Translations under genes and position numbers: made by a program | NCBI GenBank assembly: GCA_951406725.2 | Contig: OX597823.1 | Location: 96,596,001 to 96,660,000, forward strand | Reading direction: 5' to 3' | Source of the DNA: Octopus vulgaris | Lineage: Eukaryota | Length of the DNA: 64,000 bases | Part shown: piece by piece, positions 10,301 through 22,300 of the stretch | How positions within the stretch are numbered: position 1 is the first letter of the stretch | Layout: every line of letters starts with the position of its first letter | Notes under the pieces: generated by a model | Told to the model about the DNA's origin: nothing | Database searches by the model: none | The model's input: only the letters and a program-made list of their open reading frames with translations

Positions 10301-13300
10301 GCAGCTAGATGCTGAGAGAGTTGAAGGAGAGATTACAGCACAGCAAAGCAACACAATCGTTTTAGGCACAAACGGCAGAGGTTGCATTACAACTGACAAC
10401 ACCTTGTAAACAAATACACAACCTCCAAGTTTGACTAATAATGTAACCTACCTTGGCCAACTGGATTTTCAAGTTCCAATGATTTCATTTCATTGCTTGG
10501 GACATTCTTGCCATCAACTGAATTGCAATTTCCTTTCGATGGATCATTCTTCAAGTCTGAGACAACAGCAGTGGAGGCAGCTGCCATTGCAGCAGCCATT
10601 ATTTCACCAGCAGATGTGTTCAGGAGACTGCAAGAAGCCTTGTCCTTTTTAGCATCGAGCTGTTTCTTAAAGTTAGCCAGGATTTTCTTCACATGAGGTA
10701 CTTTAGGAGATCTCACAGGTAAATTATGGATATCATATTCAGAAAGTGAAGCTAAATCACCAACAGTATGGAGCTTTCTTGCTTTAAGAAGTTGACTCAG
10801 ACCACGAAACCTAATGAGAAAGAACAATCAAATAAAGCATTTAAATATATGTATCACCAACATTATTTTAACAGCCATTTCCTCATGCTTGCATGGGTCA
10901 GATGAATTTATTAAGGCAGGTTTACTACGGCATACTTGTTACTAAGCCTCACCTGTTCCCAAGCAAGGTGATGTTGCCCCGTGGTCAGACAAGTTTTCAC
11001 AGAAGATTGGAAATGAGGAACCCCACTTGTATGATGGTATTTATAAGGCAGCGAGCTGGCAGAAACGTTAGCATACAGGGTGAAATGCGTAGCCGTTACG
11101 TTCTGAGTTCAAATTCTGCCGAGGTTGACTTTGCCTTTCATCATTTCAGGGTCGATTAAATAAGTACCAGTTACGCACTGGGGTCGATATAATCGACTAA
11201 ATCCGTTTGTCCCCTCTGTGTTTAGCCCCTTGTGGGCAGTAAAGAAATAGGTATTTATAATTATCCCATGATGTCAAAGTAAGGTGACACAAGTGAGTGT
11301 GTGTTCACACACTCATGCAAGCAGAACAGGTTTCTTTTCATTTCCATCCCCGAAATCCAGTCCTAAGGCTTTAGTTGGCCCAAGATTGTAGTAGAGGACA
11401 TCCAAGGTCCCACTGTACAAGAACTTAAATATCCTCCATGATAAACTCTACTTACAACCACCCCCGCCAAAAAAATTCATTTTCGTGCCCATAGAAAGAA
11501 TTCCTTATCATGGAAACAAATCAACAAAAACCCGAAACCATATGGTCATTGAGAAGAAAACATTTTGAGCACACAACCAGCCTGCAGCTACAAAGTTGGA
11601 ATTCATCAAAAGTTAGTAATACAAAGTGCAGCAGAAAATCCTACCACGTGTTACACAGTCAATAGGCAGGTGGTAAGAGTGTCTTCATATAGATAATGTT
11701 TCACCTTGAGTTGGAGGGAAAACTGGCAGGTGGTTGTTGACAGCAATATGAGTGGTTGTTGTCAATGGCATTGAGCAAGCCCTGTGCATTTTAACACAAA
11801 AGTCTGAAACAAAATATTACAGCCAGACATGTTTGTATAAATGTTATTTGATGATATGCACTGGTATTTTAATCAAATGTCCTTCGGTGCATAGAGTAAT
11901 ACTAACCTGGCTGGCTTTCATATAAATCACAAAACGTTTTGTTTTCTGATTTCTATATTGAAATAAGAAAAGGCTGGGCAAAATTCAGGGGGTTCCTACT
12001 TGTGATGGTAGTAAAGGTCCTTTCACTCAGGGTGAAAAGCAGACTATGATGCCTATTTCTTTACTACCCACAAGGGGCTAAACACAGAGGGGACAAACAA
12101 GGACAGACAAATGGATTAAGTCAATTATATTGACCCCAGTGCATGACTGATACTTATTTAATCGACCTCAAAAGAATGAAGGCAAAGTCGACCATGGCAG
12201 AATTTGAACTCAGAACGTAGCAGCAGACGAAATACCGCTAAGCATTTCGCCCAGCTTGCCGTGAGCGAACAGTCATGCTACATGGCAGTGAAACATATGC
12301 TGTGACTGCTGAGGACATGCATAGGCTTGTAAGAAATGAAGCCAGTATGCTTTGCTGGATGTGTATGTATGACAGTGGGTCTTGAAAGAAAAGTTGGGCA
12401 TAAGAGAGATGAGATGTGGTGTGCAAGAGGGACTGAGCTAGTATGGTCATGTGATGTGTATGGTCGAGGACAGCTGTGTGAAGAAATATCACACTAATGG
12501 TGGAGGGAACCTGTGGATGAGGTAGACCCAGGAAGACATGGGACGAAATGGTGAAGCACAATCTTCGAATGTTGGGCTTCACGGAGGCAATGACAAGTGA
12601 ACAAAACCTTTGGAAATATGCTGTGCTTGAGAAAACCTGTCAAACCAAGTGAAATTGTAGGTATGGCCAATGCCAGTGTCACGTAACTGGCATGTAAAAA
12701 GCACCCCTCAAACGTTGGGTGATATGGTGTGCTTAGGAAGACCTGTTGAGCCGAGTGAAATCATAGTCGTGGCCAATGCCAGTGCCATCTGACTAGCACC
12801 CGTGCTGGTTGCATGTAAAAAGCACCATTTGAGCATTGGGCCTCATGGAGGCAGTGACAAGTGACCGAGACCTTTGGTAATATACTGTGCTTGCATGAAC
12901 CTTGTCAAGCCAAGACTATTTGTGGCCAATGCTGGTGTCAGGTCAATGGCATGTAAAAAATACCCACTACACTCTCAGAGTGGTTGACATTAGGAAGGGC
13001 ATCCAGACATAGAACCTTACCAAATCAGATCGGAACCTGGTGCAGTTTACCAGTTTTCAGTCAGAACTGCCCAACCCATGCCAGCATGGAAAACAGGCAT
13101 TGAATGATGATGGAACATAATTTTTTGGCTTAGCTCAGAATGCTCAAGAGTATTTAAAACCGAGGAGACCAAACGATATTGAAACATTGATGATCTACCA
13201 CCAACATTCTCAGAGAGCTCTGTGTCCCTTGATAAATTTTCAAGACAAAATGCTAAAACTAGGGTCATTCCATGTTTGTACATATATACACACGTGTGCA

Positions 13301-16300
13301 TATGAGTGAGTTATGCCTATCATCAGCATCATTTTAACCCTTTCGTTACTATATTTCTGACCAAAATACACCCCTCATGAGTTTCAATTAAATTCTAAAA
13401 TAATCATGAATTTAGGCTTGTTTCATTAAATAACTGTAACTTTTTTACTTATCAACATTTTAATGTGATATTTGGAACATAATTAAAGGAAGGGTTCTTA
13501 ATCAATTCTATTGCATAACTTTTGACTCAAAGTGACTTTAATTACAGGTAAATCCAGGTAAATTGAGCAAAAGGTAAAAATATTAAAATTTTAAATTGAG
13601 CAAAAGGTAAAAAATAAAAATTTTGTTTAAACATCACTATAGAAAATGAATCATCAGCTAATATTCAAATGGGTATGCAACAAAATTTTGATAAAGAAGA
13701 ATTGTGCACATCAGTTGAATTTAATGCACAACAGGTGTACCATAAAGGTGGAATAAACTGAAATATTGGAATCCACCGTAAGTTTGACCGAACTAAAGAA
13801 ATCGGTCAAAAAATAATATACGGCCCTGGTTATGGTATGGAAGTGATAAATTCCAGACCACATCGTTCCCTAGGCCATGCTGACTAATATTATTTTCCCT
13901 GTATAAAAACTAAATCCACGCAGTACCCAGTAATTTGCTTCACAAATTTCCCAAACTTTGAACCCCGATTTTGGGTTTGTTTACAATCTGCGTAAGTTTG
14001 TTTCCACATTGATCGCTTCAAACAATAACTTCCAGACCACATCGTACCCTAAGCCATGCTGACTAATATTATTTTCCCTGTATAAAAACTAAATCCACAA
14101 CAGTACCCAGTAATTTGCTTCACAAATTTCCCAAACTTTGAACCCCGATTTTGGGTTTGTTTACAATCTGCGTAAGTTTGTTTCCACATTGATCGCTTCA
14201 AACAATAACTTCCAGACCACATCGTACCCTAAGCCATGCTGACTAATATTATTTTCCCTGTATAAAAACTAAATCCACAACAGTACCCAGTAATTTGCTT
14301 CACAAATTTCCCAAACTTTGAACCCCGATTTTGGGTTTGTTTACAATCTGCGTAAGTTTGTTTCCACATTGATCGCTTCAAACTAGCATACTGAAAAAAA
14401 TAAAAGTCTAATGGTTTCACTTCCTAAGAAAGGCTATAGATAAACTTTATCTCCTCAGAAAAATTGCTAATAAAAACATTTAAAAAGTTTTTTTACTTCA
14501 TTCCGATGTAAAATCGTCTTCGCTGTCGCCTTCGCCGCTTTGTTTCTTCGGAAGGCGCTGCTTTCATTTTCGGATAAAAAAATATTCATTATTTTCGTAC
14601 ACCACGTGCTTTAGTACCTATTTCATTCTTTTTCTCGATATCTCCCTATTTTCCGTTGACAAAGCTTTAAATTCGGAATCAATGCTTGATAACATGAAAC
14701 TCCTATCCATTTTCAAAGTTGAAGAAAAATCGATGCCGTAAAACATGTGGAAAAAAATCTCCCAAAATTCACTGAGTTGAGATATCACTTCAAGCAATGT
14801 CGGATACTATAACTTAACTATTTACAATGTGAAATCACATGCTTTAACGAATGTACCAACGAGATTTGGGTTCAAATTTACATTTAAATAACAATGGGTT
14901 CTAACGGCCGGGTATGGCCGGGTTGGTACTTTGAACCAAAAAATTGTTCGCCGGCTACGGCCGGGTTAGTAACGAAAGGGTTAATGTCCTCTTTTCTGTG
15001 CTTGTCTTGGGTTTTTTTACAGCCAGATGCTGCTCTTGTCACCTATCCTCACTTGTTTCCAAGCAAAATATCTCTCCGTAACCAAACAGGTTTTCACAAG
15101 GAAGCACACACACAACACGCTTCTCTACCTACTAAATCCAATTTCAAAATGTTGGTTAGCCTGAAGCTTAACGTCTGTTTTCTGTGCTAGCATGGGTTGG
15201 ACGGTTCGACCGGGTTCTAGGAAGCCAGGAGGCTGCACCAGGCTCTAGTCTGATCTGGCAGTGTTTCTACAGCTGGATGCCCTTCCTAATGCCAACCACT
15301 CCGTGAGTGTAGTGGGTGCTTTTTATGTGCCACCAGCACAGGTGCCAGAGGAGGCTGGCAACAGCCACGATCGGTTGGTGCTTTTTACATGCCACTGGCA
15401 CGGAGGCCAGTCGAGGCGGCGCTGGCAACAGCCACATTCAGATGGTTCTTTTAGGTGCCACCAGCACTGGTATCACAACTACAATTTCCATTGATTTTTT
15501 GATCGATTTCAATTTCAATTGATAAAACTATACACACAAAAGGTCATGATGTTTGCAAGCTTGTCTAGATTAGGGAGATTAAGGACACAAGGATCTGGTT
15601 ATCATGCTTGCATGTGTTCACCTAGCAGCATGTTAGTGTCTTCTGTCAAAAGGGAAAACTGAAAGCAGTTATTACCACAATACTAACCAAGACAGAATAC
15701 ACAGTCTATATATATATTACAATATACACATCGTGGATGTATTCAATAAAGTGAGAAACCTTTTCAGGAAGCAACTTACCACATGGAGGAAGTAAGCTGT
15801 GGAAGAATCAGGCTGATAGGTTCTTGACATGATACAAGCTCTGCAAATACTGGTCCAGTGCTACTGAGTTGAGATTCTTGGGTGCTGCTGTAGCTACTCT
15901 GAGAACTACCAGGGCTGTTGTTGCTGCCAGAGATGCTGTTAGAGATAGAATCTCTTTTCTATATAGAAAGAAAAAACATTTGAGTTGCATAAGAAATTAC
16001 AAAACTGATGGTAAACTGAATAAAACAAAGTACTGCATGTGGAGATGTGAATGGCTTCAAGGAGGGGCAAGTAGCTGAAGAAAGGCAGCACCTATGACCG
16101 TTTTAACAAGACCTCCAAGACTAATGGAGGGAACTGGAGAAATAGGCTGAAATTGCAAGGCTACCATCAGGCCTGGTGTGAATGCATGAAGCTGAGGTAG
16201 ACCTTCAAAAGCCAGGGAGTGGTGTAAAAACAAACACAATCCAACCAATGCTTCCAACCCCCATCCCATTCATCTAAGGAATTTTGCAAAGTTTTAGATT

Positions 16301-19300
16301 GAGTCACAGTGGGATTGAACCTGGAGCCACATGAAGGTAAAATAAACTTCTTAATCATAAAGCCATGTTTGCATGCATTGAAAGCCAGGTGCAAAGAGCT
16401 ATTAAGTGGCTATTTGGTGTTTGATACACTTGGGTGTTAATAGCTTGCACGGAAACAGATGTGCATTGATGACAAGCATGGAAAAGTGAATGTCGAAACT
16501 GTGATGATGATGAAGCAGAACAAGGCAGGAGCGATGACATCTGATGATCAAATGCTGTCGACATTTAGTTCTGCTCTTTTATGTTCCAAATTAAAATCTG
16601 GTTTTGAGATAACATTATTTTCCACCCCTCCAGGGTTTCTTAAGTCGAGGTTATGACTTACTTCAGAATGGGGTGTAAGTAACAGATGACTAAAACTTGC
16701 AACAAAGTTTTAATTAAAAATTAATATATATATATATATGCACACACACGTAATCATCATTTAATGTCCATATTCCATCATGGTACACAGGTTGGATGGT
16801 CTGACAAGATCCAATTAGCCTGAAGGCCGCATTAGTTTCCACTATCTCTTTTGGAAGGGTTTTTACAGATGGGTGCCCTTCCTAATGCTGACCACTTTAC
16901 AGAGTAAAATTGGGGTCTTTTTTTTTTTTTTTTTTTTTTGGTAGCACCACTGAGGTCACCAAGTAACTCACAAGACAAGACCCATGAAAGAGTGGGGAGC
17001 TTTTTTTTTTTTAAAAAAAAAGTAAAATGGGAGTATGGGACAAAAATGGCTGGCAAACATTGCTTCAAGTTGAAGAAAAATGCTGGGCAAAAACTGAAGT
17101 TACTTCAATCAAAATATACCATCACACACAAATTGGCCATTTCTACTGTTGAGAGAAAAATCATTACTTGCTGCAGGAAGAGCAGAAATGCTGCTACTGG
17201 ACTTTAATGTTTAACAAAAACAGACCAAATAACTTGCAGTATTTGGCAATGTTCATTACATATAGGGTTCAAATCCTGCTCAGGCTGTAGGACAATGACT
17301 GAAATCAGTAAATAAATTAGAAAAGACAAACCTTGTAATTGGAAAGAAGACTACGGCGTGATGATCTGGAACTGCAAGGTGTGAGCCGCCTCTTTTGTGA
17401 CATGGGGGATGGTAGAGTTTTCTCCTCAAATATTGGATCAGCAAACGACACTCTTCGTTGCTGCAACATAAAGACATTTGCATATTAATTATAATTAACC
17501 TACTTTAATAACTAAAAAGCTTTTAAAAGCTATACAACCATTACAAGTTGTTTGATGTAAAGAGGACCTATAAAAACATTGCTGCTTCTATTTCAAAAAG
17601 TAAGACACTCTAGCCTTGACCACCTCATCTTTTTGCACAGGAAGAACTACTAAACTCTCCAATGTACACTTCCTTATTTGAAGCAATAAGGTGTTTGTTA
17701 TATGAAGGGAATTTGGTTGCAGTTTCTAGTAGATCAACCAATTCCCCGTGAGCCTATTCAAAAGGTGAGACTAAGACTGGGCTTATCAAGTGTATGAAGG
17801 GGTACCCAAAAGTAACCAGAGATGTTAGAAGCCACTTGATGCAACCCTTAGGCATCAGTTTGCTGACTGGCGCCATTGGGTGATGTTGCACTGCCACGTG
17901 GTGCACCTTTGTTTTGCAGTGCTTCTCCCCTGTTCGTCAATTTTTTGCAATGGCTGAAACATAGGAACAGCATGCTTCCATGAAATACTGTTTTCTGCTG
18001 AGAAAAACTGCAGCTGAAACAGTTGTCATACTTCAAACAGCTTACAAGGATGCTGCCATGAGCAAAACAAGTTTATGAGTGGTTTCCATGCTTTAAGAAT
18101 GGTCACTTGTTACTTGAAGACCAACCTTGTTCAGGACAACCGTTGACCTCCCAAACGAATGAAATCACAAACATTCATGAATTAATCTTGGAGGACTGTC
18201 ACTGAACAATTAAACTCGTTGATACAATTGGTGTGTTCTGGAGTTCCTGCCAACAAATTTTGAGCAAAGAATTGTGAATGAAAAGAGTTGCAGCAAAATT
18301 TGTGCCTCACTTGCTCACAGAAAATCAAAAGCAGTCACAACTGAATGCATGTTGTGAACTGAAAGAACAGTTGGAAGTTGATCTGGACCTTATTTTGAAG
18401 GTCATCATAGATGACAAAAGTTGGTGCTATGGAATTCGAAAGTGTAGAGAGGTGAAGAAGGTAAAAAACGACGGAGGTGTTACAAGGCATCACATTGCTC
18501 TGAATAGTGGAAAGTATATCTGCATTGCTTCAAATGGAGAATTCTTTGAAGGCGATGAAAGTGCAAACATAAAAGTAAGTGAATAAAATGATATTGCAAA
18601 ATTCCAGTTTCTTTAGGGTATCCCCCACATATTCAGAGTTGTTGATTAACGTCAAATCAGTTCTATTCAAAAGCATTACAGCTGTGATCCTCCTGCTTTA
18701 CATTTTAAAGGTTGTGGTGGTGTGGGTGTGTGTATCTGTGCAGATACGGCTACATAGTTGAGAAGTTCACTTCCCAGCCAATGTGATCTTTGGTTCAGTC
18801 CCATTGCACAGCACTTTGGGCAGGGCCAACCAAAGCCTGGTGAGTGGACTTGGTAAGCAGAAACTAGGAAAAACCTGTCACATGTGCAAATATGTTGGCT
18901 TCACTCAAGTTCACATCCATAGCTTCCATGCTCATCACCCTCTTACATGACGGGGCACCGAATTGCCAGCGATTGCACAACCTAAAGTTTAAGGTCCAAT
19001 AAGGCTTCTACAGCACCTCACAGATCTTCCCCACCCTACTGACATGATCCAGTGACAAGTCAGAGCAAGATATCCAGCACCAATATGGGTTGCAGGCTCT
19101 GGGATATGGGAGCACCATGATGTCAAGTTGCCCAAGGTGCCACGCAGTGGGACTGAACCTGGAACCATGTGGTTGGTAAGTAAGCTACTTGCCACACAGT
19201 CACTCCTACGCCTATACTGAGAAACATTTTTGAACCTTAGGTCACTAAAAGCCTTGTGAGCAGATTTGGTAAACAGAAACTGAAAGAAGCCTGTTGTATG

Positions 19301-22300
19301 TGTGTATGCATGTGGGCCAACCATGTGCCTGGACACCGACCCAGGTATTTCCACATCCCTGCACATACATACATGCATACATACACATGTCCACATATTA
19401 TTGGATGGCTATTGACTGCTTGTGAGCTCTTCCACCTTTTGAAAGGCCTTATTTTTCGTCCTTCAGGGTGTCCAGCAATCACCCTCCTTACCAAGCAAGC
19501 TTGATGGGGTTGCCAGGTTAGTTGCTGACTACCAGACCATGCAACAAGTTGTACTGGGTTACATGGTACCAGTAGCGCTCAAGAATGTTTGTTGCTGGTA
19601 TTTCTATCATCGGATTATCCAGTAGCTTTGAGCCTTCAAGGAAGCAATTTTATAAAAGGATAAAAGTCTGAAAGAAGGGGCTAGAGCTGACGAGGAGCTA
19701 CATGACATGTTAGAGCAGTGGGTGAGGATGATGAGGGGGAGCTGGTGCCAAATCTAATCCATATGCAAATTAAAATATCTATTCACAGCTAAATTCAACC
19801 CGTTCCTTTGTTTTTACAACCATTTTCCTACGCTAGCATGGGTTAGATGGATAGGTCGTTGAGGCAATGTTTAACAGCTCAATGACTTCATTTTTTAAGT
19901 AAGGATCTCTTATTCTCTTCAGCTTCAAAGGCACTGAGTATTGACTGAGGAAATGCCAAGAACAAGCCTGCTTAAATTCTCTGATTGTCGTGTGTGTGTG
20001 TTTACTCATTTGTGACAGTTCTGTTCAGTTTCCATCACAAGGATTTGGTCAGCCCAGGCTTCTAGCAAAAGACTCTTGCGCATGGTCCCATGCAGTGGAA
20101 CCAAACCTAAAATGTGGTTGAGTTGCTAATTTAACCAAATAAGCCATGCATGTGCCTTTATCACTGGAAAATTCAGTTTTGTTTCAATAATAGTTGAAAA
20201 TAATTCTTCAACTAAAAAAAAACTGATGTGTGGCAACTAGGTGTTGCCACTAAGATGTATTTCCAACAAGGAACCAAGAGTTGAAATGACAGACAAATGA
20301 AACTGTTGTTTTTAGTTTTGTACATGTAGTCAATTGCATTTTTCTTCACTGATGTTTATTAACTCTTTCGCTAGCATATTTCTGTTGAGATAGTCTTTTG
20401 TTTCAATCAATTTTGAAAGTAACGAAGTATTTAATAAAATAACTTGGTCATTATTAAATTGATGTCTAGAACATAAATTAACAAGGAATTCTAATGAAAC
20501 GCCTTAAAAACAAGAAGTTTGCATCATAGAACTAAGAGCAGGTTTAAGCGAGTTACTATCAAAGGGATTACAGAAATTCTAATAATATTTCAGTGAGCAA
20601 AAGCAGAATTCAACCAATTTATTCACCATCATCATTGTTTAGCATGGGTGGGATGGTTTCACAAGAGCCAGCCAGGTAGAAGCCTGCACCAGACTTCTGT
20701 GACTGTTTTGGCAGGATTTTTACAGCTGGATGCCCTTCCTAACACCAACCACTCAGCAGAGTGGACTCGGTGCTTTTTATGTGGCACAAGCACAGGAGAG
20801 GTCAGTTTTGGCAAGGTTTTTACAGCTGTGTGTCCTTCCTAACACCAAACATTCAGCAGAATGGGCTTTGTGCTTTTTACGTAGCAAAAATCAGTCTGTA
20901 AGTAAACTTACCTTATTTGGTGGTGATGGTGTTTCACCATTATTCTGTAGTCTCTTCTTTAGAATACCTGTTGTTGGTGAATAAACAGATGAAGGGGAAC
21001 AGGTAGCAGAAGGACAACTTTCAGGAGTATCACAGAGTGAGGAGGATAAGAACTGCTTTTCAGAGGAAAAAATGTCTGTTGTAGCAGAGGTGTAATCATC
21101 ACCATCAACATTTGTGTTCCCATGATTTGGAGAAGTTTTCATCACAGACTTTGGAGTTGCGCTTTTTTTGGCACCAGACATAGAGCAGTTTGAAACCTTA
21201 ATACCATAAACAAAACTATCAGAAAACTTGGATGGAAATCCTCGATTACCAGAACGTAACCGAAGAGATTTCTTTGGTGTATCAACCACTTTGGACAAAA
21301 CAGGTTTATTCTCGGATTCTTGGTCTACAAAGTTCTCATTTACTTCAGAATCCACAATAGCTGCTGGCTGAAGCACTGAGCTCTCAGTTTCACAAACAGT
21401 CATTGATGGACTGGCATCACTTTGGGTCTCATTTTGTGAATCCTGCTTCAGACCCCCACAATTATCATCATCATCTCCCTCAAACTTTTCAGATATTGCT
21501 GTTAGGCTTGAACCTTCATCAGCCATCGTGATCTCTGAAGCATTAGACTTCACTGTGACTGACTGTGCATCCTCCACATTGTCTAGTTTTAGTTCCTCTT
21601 CCTCAGTCAAATCTGGCTCAACATCCTGTTTATCTTGTTTGATCTTTCTTTTTTCTTCTTGAACTAAATCCAACTCCTCTCTCTCTTCTAAATTTAATTC
21701 AACTTCATCACCTAAATCTGAGTCAAAGCTGTCTTTTTTATGCTCAGGCTCAACAACATCTGATTTAACTGATTCAGCTTCCTCTTCAATCACACCCGAC
21801 ACAGCATTTTTTCCCTGCTCAACAACAGTTGGCATTTCCTGGTCACAAGAGAACCTTTCCGTTTCTCCAAAAGGACAACTATTAATGGAATCACCATTGT
21901 CCACAGCAGTAATAGTTTCACAGTAGGTTTTATCTTGAGTTTCAGAAATTTTCATGCTGTCTTTCGCATTTTTCTCAACATATGTCAGTTTCTTTACATT
22001 ACTATTTTGTTTGTGTGCCGGGCTCTTGGCTTTTTCAGACACATTCAGAACTTTTCGAGCTTTGGTTTCTTTTCCAATTTTCCTTCTGGAAGTGGATTTA
22101 TTTGCAGGATTTTCTGAGTTTTGAGTCGCTTTTTTTCGTGCACGAAGAATCTTTACGCATGAGCGTGTCCTAACAGGTGAGATTCGACGATCAGTATTTT
22201 GGACAATTTTAGTAACCTTCAATGGTTTCCTTTTACGAGATCCTGTAATAGGTTTAGATACTGGTAAAACATCTGCTTTGTGAAGCTGTTTGGAAGGACT

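Noticed and set aside
17120-17201. Possible extra RIF1 exon (SSSSISALPAASNDF...)
   Set aside because: Both candidate donors give phase 1, whereas exons 27 and 28 already join in phase 0. The acceptor is also weak.
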